Below, one piece after another: positions 8,621-18,154 of a DNA stretch of 29,592 nucleotides (positions are counted from its first letter, which is position 1; the number at the start of each line of letters is the position of its first letter). Source of the stretch: a virus (lineage: Duplodnaviria > Caudoviricetes); the IMG/VR virus record IMGVR_UViG_3300033551_000029, positions 1 through 29,592 of that record. The stretch is one strand, 5' to 3'. Both the position numbers and the translations under genes were made by a program. The notes under the pieces were generated by a model that was not told the DNA's origin, searched no databases, and saw nothing but the letters and a program-made list of their open reading frames with translations.

Positions 8621-10532
8621 TCCAGCCGGATTCGCCCAGCAGGTATACCAGCTGCCGTCCAGCGCGTTCGACGAGCCGGCGCTGGTCAACCCTGGCCAGG
8701 AGCCGGGGGAGCTCCAGGCCGAGGAGGCTGGCGGCCTGCCCCTGCACGGCACCCCCCGCCTGATGGCTGCGCTGGCCGACCTGAAAGCCGCCCGCGAGGA
8801 TTACGCCCTGGCGGATAGCATGTGCGGCGGCACGGTTGGTGACGCGCTGCTGAACCGGCGGGTCGCAGAACTGATGGAACGCGCCGGGGTCAACGAGATC
8901 GAAGACCTGCAGTATGCTCGAGTCCCGGTCGACACGATGATCAGCAAGCTCGGCATCCGGGCGGTCACTGTCGCGCCCACCGACCTGGACCCCGGCCAGA
9001 AGCCCACTCCGGAGCAGGAGTCGCTGGTCGAGCAGGCACAGAAGGTGCTCAGCCAGATCCGGCGGCACAACCAGCTGGACATCGAAGAGGTGGAGCTTTT
9101 CCACCGGGCCTGCCGGTACGGCGAAGCTTACATGGAGGTCTGGCCCAGCGGGGCGATCGCGACCGTGGTCGGCGACGACGACGAACCAGAGATGGCCCTG
9201 AATATCGACGGGATCGACATCTTCGTGTGCTCGCCGGTCAACGTGCGGGCGTTCTATGATGCCGAGCAGCCGTTGCTGTTGACCCATGTGTTGAAAGCCT
9301 GGGAGTGGTACGAGGACGAGGGGCCGGAGGCGAAAGCCCGTTACCGGGCGACCATCTTCGACTACGACGGGATCGAACGCTGGATCTGCGAGCCGGACGG
9401 GTCGCCCGACCGGGCGGAGGACTGGAAGCCGTTCGTTGACGACGTCTCTGACGAATGGCCCCTGCCTTACCCGGAGGGGATGGTGGATGACGGCGGTGAG
9501 CCGGCCATCCCATTCTTCCACTTCCGCAACGAACGCCCCTACGGTGTGCCCGAACACCGGGCTGCATATGGCCCGCAGCGGCTGATTAACAAGCTGGTCT
9601 CGGCGCACGCGGTGTCGATCGACTACCAAGCTTTCCCCCAGCGCTATGCCCTGCTGGACCCGAAGGCAGACGACGCGCTGCTCAACCTGGTCGACCCGGA
9701 CAATCCGGAGGACGACGACGACGACCCGGAGGGCGGTGGGTTCAGTCAGCTACGGGCGGACCCGGCCGCGCTGTGGAAGCTGCGCGCCCAGTCGGTTGGG
9801 CAGTTCTCCCCCGCCGACCCGGCGGTGTTCCTGACCCCCCTGGACCGCTACATCCGCTCGATCGCGGAACTGTGCGGCATCCCCCTGGACCGGTTCACCG
9901 GCTACTCGACCCCACCGTCCGGCCAGTCTCGACGGATCGGCAACGAGGTGCTGTATGACAAGGCGGGCCTGCGCAGGCGCCGTTACCAGGGCACCCTCGC
10001 CGACGCGTACGAGTTCGCGCTACGGCTGATGGGGTTCGGCGAACTGCAGGTGTTGATCAAATGGGAGCCGATGGATGTCGCAGTCGGTCCCGAAGACTGG
10101 GCAGTGATCAGCCAGAAGATCGCCAACGGCGTGCCCAGCCAGCAGGCCCTGGTCGAGGCAGGCTATGCCGAGGACGAGGTTAAGCAATGGCTGCTGGACC
10201 AGGGTGGCCAGGACCTGATCCGTCGAGTGGCGCTGCTGAACCAGATCGGCACGGCCGTGCAGGCGCTGGCCGCCGGGGTCGGGGTCGGGATCATCTCGCG
10301 CGAGCAGACCGCCGACCTGTTCGCCCGGGTGTTGGGTGAGATCGGGGAGGACATCCCGAGCCTGGAGCAGCCGGTCACGGTGCAGCCACCGCCCATCCCG
10401 CCGCAGATGCCTGGCGCCGGCCCTGCCAAGGACGAGGAGGGCGGCACAGCCCCGGCCATGCCGCAGATGCCACCAATGCCCCCGCCAATCCAGGTTGGGC
10501 AGGGCGGGGCGCCGCGTCCGCCCAAGCCGTAA
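8613..10532 (+). CDS. portal protein (SPP1 gp6-like, 639 aa)
   Basis: Position and size; ACRYGEAYMEVWP, IPFFHFRNERPYGVPEH, YQAFPQRYAL and PPSGQSRR motifs; Pro-rich C-tail. Confidence 0.9.
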   Translation: MTSPAGFAQQVYQLPSSAFDEPALVNPGQEPGELQAEEAGGLPLHGTPRLMAALADLKAAREDYALADSMCGGTVGDALLNRRVAELMERAGVNEIEDLQYARVPVDTMISKLGIRAVTVAPTDLDPGQKPTPEQESLVEQAQKVLSQIRRHNQLDIEEVELFHRACRYGEAYMEVWPSGAIATVVGDDDEPEMALNIDGIDIFVCSPVNVRAFYDAEQPLLLTHVLKAWEWYEDEGPEAKARYRATIFDYDGIERWICEPDGSPDRAEDWKPFVDDVSDEWPLPYPEGMVDDGGEPAIPFFHFRNERPYGVPEHRAAYGPQRLINKLVSAHAVSIDYQAFPQRYALLDPKADDALLNLVDPDNPEDDDDDPEGGGFSQLRADPAALWKLRAQSVGQFSPADPAVFLTPLDRYIRSIAELCGIPLDRFTGYSTPPSGQSRRIGNEVLYDKAGLRRRRYQGTLADAYEFALRLMGFGELQVLIKWEPMDVAVGPEDWAVISQKIANGVPSQQALVEAGYAEDEVKQWLLDQGGQDLIRRVALLNQIGTAVQALAAGVGVGIISREQTADLFARVLGEIGEDIPSLEQPVTVQPPPIPPQMPGAGPAKDEEGGTAPAMPQMPPMPPPIQVGQGGAPRPPKP

Positions 10533-10576
10533 ACGGGGCGGGCTGTATACTGGTGGGTGAAGCCGGGATGGCTCGC

Positions 10577-10598
10577 GTGCCACGCGACGTGGTAAACT
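10577..10598 (+). promoter_or_regulatory. 22-bp promoter/operator motif, copy 3
   Basis: GTGCCACGCGACGTGGTAAACT; a second -10 (TATACT, 10546-10551) lies just upstream. Confidence 0.6.
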
Positions 10599-10636
10599 GA
10601 GTGGTCAGTGGTTTACGCTTCGCTGGAGGGATCGCT

Positions 10637-11593
10637 GTGGCATACAATAGAGATCAGCCCCGGTGGCCTAAGGGCACCCCGCGCAAGGGCAAGGCTGGTG
10701 GCGGACAGTGGCGTGAGGATGGCAAGCCCAACGCCCCGCGTCCGTCCTGGGCTGAACGGATGGGCAGCATCATCGGCCGTCGCCGCCGTGGTGACCAGAC
10801 TCCGCAGGATCCCGACCGGGAACGTCAGATCCAGATTCGTCGTCGCTATGGCATGCCAGATGACGCCAGTGCTGACGAGATCGGCACCCGCATCCGACAG
10901 GCCGGCACCACCCAGACCCACATGCGTCCCGGGGAGTCCGCCCAGGAATATGGCGAGCGGCTCGGGGCGGCGGTCGCGGCCAGCCCCTATTGGACCCCCG
11001 GTCCGGACCCGTATGAGCCGCAGCCAGACTTGACGGGGTTGGGTGACGATGAGCTCGAGGCTCTGGTTGCTGACGACCGACCCCCGGCCGGGGATTTTGC
11101 TGATCAGATCTCGCAGCGGATTGGGCGCAGGCGCGGCGAAGGCCGACCGACTGCGGATTCCGTTACGGACGCTGTTCTGGGGATGCGCGGTAGTTCGCGC
11201 GACGAAGTCGACGAGATGATGGACCGGCAGTTCGGTGATACCGATCTGGCCGAGCTCGGTCGCATCCGTGAGGGACTGGCCGCAGGCAATCAGCTGTACG
11301 ATCGGACCATCGTCAGGGCAATCGACCGGCTGATGGGCCGGCGGACCGGCAACCCTCCCAACCGGGGTACCGCCAGGCTGGAGAGCCTGCGCGATCGCAT
11401 GGGCGAGTTGCGGCAGGCAGGCACTGGCAACGCTGTCGAAGTGCTTGCCGACAGCCTGGCCGATGTGAGCCTGGCGGATCTACGCGACATGCAGGACCGA
11501 CTGGAAGAGCAGCACCGAGCGGACGCCCGGTTGTACGATGAACTCTTGGACCGGGCGATTCGGCGGGCGATTCGTAACGCGCGGGGGCGGTAG
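10637..11593 (+). CDS. tagged protein 5: divergent tag, helical internal duplication (318 aa)
   Basis: GGAGG at 10625-10629, GTG start; MAYNRDQPRWPKGTPRKGKAGGGQWR; two helix copies SWAERMGSIIG and DFADQISQRIG. Confidence 0.75.
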   Translation: MAYNRDQPRWPKGTPRKGKAGGGQWREDGKPNAPRPSWAERMGSIIGRRRRGDQTPQDPDRERQIQIRRRYGMPDDASADEIGTRIRQAGTTQTHMRPGESAQEYGERLGAAVAASPYWTPGPDPYEPQPDLTGLGDDELEALVADDRPPAGDFADQISQRIGRRRGEGRPTADSVTDAVLGMRGSSRDEVDEMMDRQFGDTDLAELGRIREGLAAGNQLYDRTIVRAIDRLMGRRTGNPPNRGTARLESLRDRMGELRQAGTGNAVEVLADSLADVSLADLRDMQDRLEEQHRADARLYDELLDRAIRRAIRNARGR

Positions 11594-11596
11594 GCC

Positions 11597-14500
11597 ATGC
11601 CCAGGCGTCGCGACTACCACGGCCGCGACCCGGGCGAACGCTGGCCGGCAGGGTCTCCTGACGACGCTAGCGGCGACGGGCAGGGCGGCAGATTCCGTCG
11701 GACGGGCTCTGGCGGGGTGCCTGCTGGCGACTGGGCGGAGGTAGTATCCGCCCGCATCGCGGGCGAAAGCATCGATGACCGGGACGAGTCTGCGGTTACC
11801 CGCGAAACAGGCGCTGGGTCGATGGCAGACCTGGCGCGCCTGGTTCGGGAGCACGGCGCAATCGATGTGATGATGCGGCGGGACCCGCACTACGGTTGGA
11901 TGCCGGGCGATCACGAAAGCACCCCGATTGTCATCACCGATGTCAGGGAAGAACCGGGACCGGCCTGGGCGGCCCTGCCGAACATCGGCCTGACTGGTCT
12001 GGATCCGGACAGCGATCTGCCCGAGCACCGGCGTGACTCGATCGACCTGGGTGTATATCCGGGTTCATGGACGGTGCGTTGGCGGATGCCGTGGGATGCC
12101 CCTGAGGGGCAGCAGCGCACCGCTAGCAACATCTCTGCCCTGCTGGGCGACGACTTCGCCGACGTGGAGATTCAGCAAGATGACGGCACCTGGATATCGG
12201 TGGCTGCAGACGTTGGGCGGTATCAGGGGCGACCTAGCGGATATATCTCTCTGCGCGCCCGAGACGGCGGGGTGGAGCCGTTAGGCAACTACAGGGAGGG
12301 CGATTTGATCACCGCCCGGGTCCGGGAGTTGACCGAAGAAGAACGGTTGGCGCGCGAGCTCGGGGATGCCGACCCAGTCGACGTGCCAGGCGACAACGAA
12401 GGGTGGGACCCGCCGACCAATCTCACTGCTGCGTCCGTGGCAGAGAACGCGGCGAACGGCTACGGAGCCCAGATGTGGAACCCGGACTATGACAGATGGG
12501 TTCCCATTCAGATCCAGCGCGAAGACGTTGGCGGCAGAATCCGCTATCGTGTTACCGATGACGACGATGGATTCATTGAGAACTATGCACCGCATGAGCT
12601 TCTGCGGGTGCGGACCGCAACCAACCGGACGCCCGCCACCACTCCTGACACTCCGCCGGGAGTGGAGTGGCGGTCCGGTGGTTCTTGGCCCCCCAACGAT
12701 GTTGCCGCCCTGTTCAGGCAGACAGGCGACGTGCAGATCCGCAACAGTCGCGGTGAGTGGGATAGAGTTGCGTCCGTTGACTATCTGGCCAGCGACGGGC
12801 AGTACCGGTTTGTCCTGGAGAACGACGGTGAGATCTTCGAAGACGAAGACAACAATATTCTTGAGACTCGGATCCTGATCCACACGGACTCTTCGCCCAC
12901 GGTTGCAGTCGAGACCCCGCTGTTGCCGGCCGGAGCCACCTCGGAGCAGTGGCGCGAATATGACAACCTGATCCTAGACAACGCAGTCGAGATCGTGAAC
13001 GACCCGACTTCGGCGGTGGCGGCGCTCGGGCTTAGCCTGCCGAGAGGGTTCGATCACGACGTGTTCCGCAATTGGGTGACGCAACTGCAATCCCTCCGGC
13101 GCACTCCCGGCGCGGAACAGGATGCCCATCGGGCTGCGATGCAGATCAGCCGATTGGCTGGGCTGGACGACTCCCCGTGGATCCAGCAGATGATGCGCCA
13201 TCGGCTCGGTCGAGGTCCCGCCCCCAGTACGGTGTCGTCTCAACGGCAAGAATACAACGACGAGGTTGCCGACGCTGTGCGACTGGCAGTCGAGGCCGGT
13301 CGAATGCGTCTGGCGAGTGGGGGCACAGACCGGGCAGCGGCACATACCGCCTTTAGTGTGCTCGAAGGCGACTATGGCGTGGAAGCCGCCAGTCTGCTCT
13401 GGGACGCCCGGGATTCGAGCGGAACGGCTTTCCTTGCGCTGTCCAACAGCTATGACGATTACCTTGCACAGGTCGCGGCGGGTGATCTGCACGGAGCATC
13501 AGAGACGATTGACGGGCTGGCGGCCTATACCGGGCTGGACGACATCTTCATTGCCCCCACGGAGGGCGCGTCCATTGCCGCCCCAGCGGCGGGCGCAGAC
13601 CCTCCCAGTAACGCCACGAGCGTGGTCATGCATGCCAACGTGGAAACCCTGGTCCGGCACAGGAATCTTGGGGCAGAGGTGGCCGTCCAGATCACCACCC
13701 CAACTGGTCCCGGTTGGTATGCGGTGCAGTTCCACGGGGTAGAGCACGACGGCACCATTTCCCTGCAAGTTGCGGACATCGCTCACGACGACGAGCCTTG
13801 GTATGACTTCGAACCCGGCACACCGGTCCAGTTCGTCCACTTCGACCAAGGTCCCGAGCAATATGAGGCGACCGCCGCCGATTTGGCAGCCGGGCTGTAC
13901 GGTAGCCCTGGCGAGCTTGAAATTTTGATCCCCACCGGGTGGGAGCTGGTCCGTGGCTGGGACAACGATGGATCGCTGGTAGACATCCTAACCTGGCAGG
14001 CGGACGGCACCGAGGGAAGCATCACGCGCACCCCCGGCCAGGAGATTACGTGGCGGCCCCGCCCGCCTGGGGTTACCCCACGTCCTTTGCCGCGCCAACA
14101 GGTTGCCCCTCCCACCCCGCCTGCGCCGCAAGTGAGCCCGCTACATTCATGGAACAACCCGCCGGCTGGCGAACTGCCCGGCGGGGCGGCCACCCTGCGC
14201 GAGATGATGGAGGTGCTGCAGGCGGCCCAGTTGGGCTGGGCGTCACTAACCATATCGCCGGAACTCAAACGGCGGATCGAGCAGATCTTCGCCTACACCG
14301 ACCCCTCGTCTGGGCTCGAGGCCAGGATTACCACCATTGAGCTCTCTGCTGCTGGGCGGATGGCTGTCGGTGGCCGGGTGTATGACCAGAACGGTCGCGA
14401 CGTTGGCAACTGGTCCCGCAACCTCGATGCTGACGGGAATGTCTATCATGCTTATTTCCGACTGAACCCAGACATCCAGGGCGACGGGTTTACCACCCGC

Positions 14501-14956
14501 TGGTTCGAGCAGGTGCTGGACGGATACCGCGCCGAGGGCATGTCCAAGGTTGCGGTGTCTGCCAACATCGATGTGGGCGGCTACACCTGGTCGCGGTGGT
14601 TCGATTTCGCCGACCCTGGGCGCGCCCGGATGTTCTTGGAACAGATGCTGGCGGCGGTTGATCAACGCTGGTACCAACATGTCACCCCCGACACCAAGCA
14701 GGAGATCGAAGATTTGATCACTCGGCTGGAGAATGGCGGTCGGGTCACTGCCCGGGAGGTCTCACAGGTCGGCTACAGCAGGCGCCAGCGGATCAACCCC
14801 CCTGATGGGTATGAGTCGAATCCCCAGGACTGGGATTCGAACGCCGACTGGATCCGGGATATTCTGCCGCGACGGGGCAGCGGCACGCCGATAGAGATGT
14901 GGCTCGGCAAGCACTTCATGCTCGGTAAGTCTTGGGCTGGTGTGCTCGAGCTCTAA
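11597..14956 (+). CDS. tagged effector 6: polyvalent-type protein with repeated beta-rich units and a C-terminal GNAT-like domain (1119 aa)
   Basis: Divergent tag ERWPAGSPDDASGDGQGGRFR; DWAEVVSARIAG; C-terminal YHAYFRLNPDIQGDGF ... SANIDVGGYTWSR GNAT-like pattern. Confidence 0.75.
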   Translation: MPRRRDYHGRDPGERWPAGSPDDASGDGQGGRFRRTGSGGVPAGDWAEVVSARIAGESIDDRDESAVTRETGAGSMADLARLVREHGAIDVMMRRDPHYGWMPGDHESTPIVITDVREEPGPAWAALPNIGLTGLDPDSDLPEHRRDSIDLGVYPGSWTVRWRMPWDAPEGQQRTASNISALLGDDFADVEIQQDDGTWISVAADVGRYQGRPSGYISLRARDGGVEPLGNYREGDLITARVRELTEEERLARELGDADPVDVPGDNEGWDPPTNLTAASVAENAANGYGAQMWNPDYDRWVPIQIQREDVGGRIRYRVTDDDDGFIENYAPHELLRVRTATNRTPATTPDTPPGVEWRSGGSWPPNDVAALFRQTGDVQIRNSRGEWDRVASVDYLASDGQYRFVLENDGEIFEDEDNNILETRILIHTDSSPTVAVETPLLPAGATSEQWREYDNLILDNAVEIVNDPTSAVAALGLSLPRGFDHDVFRNWVTQLQSLRRTPGAEQDAHRAAMQISRLAGLDDSPWIQQMMRHRLGRGPAPSTVSSQRQEYNDEVADAVRLAVEAGRMRLASGGTDRAAAHTAFSVLEGDYGVEAASLLWDARDSSGTAFLALSNSYDDYLAQVAAGDLHGASETIDGLAAYTGLDDIFIAPTEGASIAAPAAGADPPSNATSVVMHANVETLVRHRNLGAEVAVQITTPTGPGWYAVQFHGVEHDGTISLQVADIAHDDEPWYDFEPGTPVQFVHFDQGPEQYEATAADLAAGLYGSPGELEILIPTGWELVRGWDNDGSLVDILTWQADGTEGSITRTPGQEITWRPRPPGVTPRPLPRQQVAPPTPPAPQVSPLHSWNNPPAGELPGGAATLREMMEVLQAAQLGWASLTISPELKRRIEQIFAYTDPSSGLEARITTIELSAAGRMAVGGRVYDQNGRDVGNWSRNLDADGNVYHAYFRLNPDIQGDGFTTRWFEQVLDGYRAEGMSKVAVSANIDVGGYTWSRWFDFADPGRARMFLEQMLAAVDQRWYQHVTPDTKQEIEDLITRLENGGRVTAREVSQVGYSRRQRINPPDGYESNPQDWDSNADWIRDILPRRGSGTPIEMWLGKHFMLGKSWAGVLEL

Positions 14957-14962
14957 ACCGGA

Positions 14963-14984
14963 GTGACACGCGGTGTGGTACAAT
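14963..14984 (+). promoter_or_regulatory. 22-bp promoter/operator motif, copy 4
   Basis: GTGACACGCGGTGTGGTACAAT, starting 7 nt after the stop of the 1119-aa gene. Confidence 0.7.
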
Positions 14985-15009
14985 TGGGGGGGAGAAGAGG
15001 AGGCGCGAA

Positions 15010-15276
15010 ATGGACCACAAGGAGTACATGCGGCGGATGCGCGAGATCACCGCAGCATGGAGCAAGCGCTACTCCGAGCGCATCCCGAACGAGTATCCCG
15101 CCGGGTCTGACCCCCACGAGGGGGTGGCCCCCGAAGAAAGCGACTATGCCCAGTTCCACGCCCAGCATGCGGCTGCGCCGGAGTTCATGGACATCCTCGA
15201 AGAAAAGCTGGCCGCACTCGACCGCGAGTGGGCGCAGTCGCCGGAAGCACAAGGAGCAGGACATGGCCGCTCGTAA
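15010..15276 (+). CDS. small untagged protein (88 aa), candidate immunity/partner
   Basis: GAGGAGG RBS at 14997-15003, own promoter, GC3-rich codons. Confidence 0.75.
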   Translation: MDHKEYMRRMREITAAWSKRYSERIPNEYPAGSDPHEGVAPEESDYAQFHAQHAAAPEFMDILEEKLAALDREWAQSPEAQGAGHGRS

Positions 15277-15574
15277 GGCGCTAGTGCGCAACCTCGACAA
15301 GGTCGTGATCGGTCAGTTGATCGATGACGGCACCCACGAGCCCTACGGCACCAACCCGATGGTGGACGAGATGCTGCGGGCTGACCGACGGGACCGGTTC
15401 GACCGGTACTACCTGGGCTACAGCAACGGCTTTACCTTCGAGACGGTGCCGGAGGTGGCGGTCCGCAAGCCGGCCGTGTGGGACCAGTTCCTGGCCTGGG
15501 CTCGTAGCGACGGCCGCAACGCCAGCATGGCGGACAAGGTCGCCAAGCTCGATTCCATGGCGGGTGCCCGGTGA
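15263..15574 (+). CDS. small untagged protein (103 aa)
   Basis: AAGGAG RBS at 15251-15256, ATG 15263 (MAARKALVRNLDK), GC3-rich codons; stop overlaps the next start. Confidence 0.7.
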   Translation: MAARKALVRNLDKVVIGQLIDDGTHEPYGTNPMVDEMLRADRRDRFDRYYLGYSNGFTFETVPEVAVRKPAVWDQFLAWARSDGRNASMADKVAKLDSMAGAR

Positions 15575-16134
15575 GCCGCCGCGACGACCAGGACCGCTGG
15601 CCGAAAGGCACCCCGGTTGGGCCGGGTGGCAAAGGCCCAGGTGGTGGGCGGTTCCGCGATGCGGGGCCGTCCGCCCCGGGCGTCGGTGGAGACTGGGCGG
15701 ACCGAATCTCCAGTTCGATTGGCGGCGATGCTGACAACGAGGCTCTCCTTGATTGGGAGACGAAAGCTTCCGAGTACATGCGCAGCGTCGAGAGCATGCG
15801 CGACGACGAGATCAACGACTTCTGGGAGTGGGTGGCCCTGACCGGAGGGGGCGGCCCCGACGACGGGGACCCGGAGGACTGGGCTGCTCGAGTCCTGTCG
15901 GAGTTCTATGAAGACCGAGACGACGGGAACGAGGATGGCATCTCCCCTGGGGAGGCCGCCTATGACCCCCGCACAACCAGTTTCGTGGTGGGCATGACCG
16001 TCAACCTGCCAGGCGGCGGTAGGGGTCGGGTCACCGCCGTGGGTAGTGACGGGTTCGTGTTCGTGCAGCCCGATGGGGGCGGCCAAGTCCAGGTGCACAC
16101 CGCCAGCTTCTTGCGGAGCCTGCGGGACGGCTGA
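15571..16134 (+). CDS. tagged protein 7: acidic region plus C-terminal KOW/SH3-like domain (187 aa)
   Basis: DQDRWPKGTPVGPGGKGPGGGRFR; DWADRISSSIG; FVVGMTVNLPGGGRGRVTAVGSDGFVFVQPDG. Confidence 0.7.
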   Translation: MSRRDDQDRWPKGTPVGPGGKGPGGGRFRDAGPSAPGVGGDWADRISSSIGGDADNEALLDWETKASEYMRSVESMRDDEINDFWEWVALTGGGGPDDGDPEDWAARVLSEFYEDRDDGNEDGISPGEAAYDPRTTSFVVGMTVNLPGGGRGRVTAVGSDGFVFVQPDGGGQVQVHTASFLRSLRDG

Positions 16135-16146
16135 AAGGCGTGAGCG

Positions 16147-17187
16147 ATGCCAGCACCAGCCGATCAACCCCGGTGGCCGGAGAATATCCCCTGGAGTCCC
16201 AGGGGGCCGGCACCGGGGCGTTGGCGTAGTCGCGCTGACGCCACGTCTTGGACCGACCTGCTATACCAGCGGATCACCGGGCAGCCTGTCTGGGCGGACC
16301 GCAGCCGGGTTGCCCTACAGGCCCTGGGTCGCCCAACCAGCCGGCGGCGGCTTGGCGGCGGGGCGATCGCTGAAACCGAAGTGCTTACCTACGCTGACGG
16401 TTCGGCTGCGATCCGCAAGATCTTCGGTGGCGAGGCCGATGATCGGTTGAACCAACACCGGGCCAGCGCAGAGTACATGGCGTCGCTGGTCGCCCAGGCG
16501 GTCGGCGCGACCGCCCCTGCTGTGGTGAAAGACCCGACCGACCCGGAACACTCGGTGATCATGGGCCGGGTCACCGGTGACATGGGGACTATCCACACCG
16601 GAGAGGCTAGCGCCGAGGAATGGGGCCAGGCGCTATATTACTTGACCCAAACCGATGGCGGGCTGCGGATCGGCCTGCTGGACGTGCTGATTGCCAACCA
16701 GGACCGCCACTCGATGAACTGGTTGCTGTCCGACCAGATGGCCGATCCCCACCCGTGGAACCCTACCCGAGAGGACATGCGCCGACCGATCGCGATCGAT
16801 CATTCGGAAGCGTTCCCTCTGGCCACGCTCGCGCAGGCGTACCACTTCCGGATCGCCGACCCACAGGGGCAGCCGCTGTACACGATGCCATTGGAGGTCG
16901 GGGCCTACGGCGGCTTCTTTACTCCCTGGATGCAGCGGACGAACGATGTCGTGGACATGCTCGGTAACCCGGTGGCACAGGCCCCCCTTCTCGGGGCCTA
17001 CGCCTACCGGGATGGCAATCCGCTGCACCCAGATGACGTTCCGGTGTTGCGTGCCCGGCTGGAACGGCTGAAGTCGCTGTTCGAGGATGAGCCGACCGGG
17101 CACTTGGCATACCAGGACATGATGGCTCGGTTTGAGCAACTGGCCGCGCGAGCAGGCGGGCGCGAGAGGATGTTTCCCGATGTCTGA
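16147..17187 (+). CDS. tagged effector 8: HipA / PI3-PI4-kinase-like kinase (346 aa)
   Basis: Divergent tag DQPRWPENIPWSPRGPAPGRWR; IRK, AEYMAS, LLDVLIANQDRHSMNWL and IAIDHS motifs. Confidence 0.82.
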   Translation: MPAPADQPRWPENIPWSPRGPAPGRWRSRADATSWTDLLYQRITGQPVWADRSRVALQALGRPTSRRRLGGGAIAETEVLTYADGSAAIRKIFGGEADDRLNQHRASAEYMASLVAQAVGATAPAVVKDPTDPEHSVIMGRVTGDMGTIHTGEASAEEWGQALYYLTQTDGGLRIGLLDVLIANQDRHSMNWLLSDQMADPHPWNPTREDMRRPIAIDHSEAFPLATLAQAYHFRIADPQGQPLYTMPLEVGAYGGFFTPWMQRTNDVVDMLGNPVAQAPLLGAYAYRDGNPLHPDDVPVLRARLERLKSLFEDEPTGHLAYQDMMARFEQLAARAGGRERMFPDV

Positions 17188-18154
17188 TGACCAGCCGCGT
17201 TGGCCCGCCGGCACCCCTGTTGCGCCTGGCGGCAAAGGCCCTGGCGGCGGTCGCTTCCGTGGGATTGGCGTGCCCGGTCGGGGGGGGTGGGTCGAACAGG
17301 TCTCGGGTCGGTTTGCCCGAGGCTGGGCCAATGATGATCGTAGCCGGGACGAACTGTTCGAGGTCGTGCAGTCGGCTGCGTCCGCCCCCGATGGCATGCC
17401 GCCCGGGGCTACCATGGAGAACTACAGCGGCGATGCCGCGACTGTTTGGCGCATCGACTTGCCGGATGGTCGATCCGTGGTGCGCAAATCCTACGACGAA
17501 GCATTGTCGGACTATTACGATGGCGAATATGACGAGCAGTACGATGACGACGACGGGGAGTATTTGTCGGTCGACGATCCTCGCAGACGACCAGCCAAAG
17601 AGGATGAAGTTCATGCACGGGCGGAGTGGGTGTCTGCTCGGGTCGCGCGGGCAGTCGGCGCGTTGGTCCCCCCGGTGGTTTTTGACCCCCAATGGGGCGG
17701 CGCGGTGTGGATGGGCTGGGTCGATGGCAAGACTGGCATCAACTGGGACTTTGAACACCAGGACAAGGGGGCGACACTCGCTGCCAAGCAGGATATGTGG
17801 CGGCTTGGACTGCTCGACCTACTGATCATCAATAGCGATCGCCACGAACTGAACTGGCTTTTCACCGAGGACGGTCGGGTTTTTGGGATCGACCATGGCT
17901 ATGCGGGACTGTTCACGGATTTTGTCCCGACCGAGGCCATTGGGGCGATCTCGCCATTCGCCCAACTGTATTACGACAGCGGCGAGAAACTTAAACCGAA
18001 CATCTTACATCCGGACGACATCGATGATGTCATCGGGCGGCTTGGGGGCCTGTGGGAAGACGGCACCTTGAGTGAGCCCGAGTACAACTACATGGTGCGG
18101 GTGATGAACTGGCTGCGCCCCCACGCTACCGGCACTAGGAGGCTGATCCCGTGA
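17180..18154 (+). CDS. tagged effector 9: HipA / PI3-PI4-kinase-like kinase (324 aa)
   Basis: MSDDQPRWPAGTPVAPGGKGPGGGRFR; VRK, AEWVSA, LLDLLIINSDRHELNWL and FGIDHG motifs. Confidence 0.82.
   Translation: MSDDQPRWPAGTPVAPGGKGPGGGRFRGIGVPGRGGWVEQVSGRFARGWANDDRSRDELFEVVQSAASAPDGMPPGATMENYSGDAATVWRIDLPDGRSVVRKSYDEALSDYYDGEYDEQYDDDDGEYLSVDDPRRRPAKEDEVHARAEWVSARVARAVGALVPPVVFDPQWGGAVWMGWVDGKTGINWDFEHQDKGATLAAKQDMWRLGLLDLLIINSDRHELNWLFTEDGRVFGIDHGYAGLFTDFVPTEAIGAISPFAQLYYDSGEKLKPNILHPDDIDDVIGRLGGLWEDGTLSEPEYNYMVRVMNWLRPHATGTRRLIP

Noticed and set aside
11597-14956. Intein, or diversity-generating retroelement target, in the large protein
   Set aside because: No Hint-domain termini, no reverse transcriptase and no template/variable repeat pair seen.
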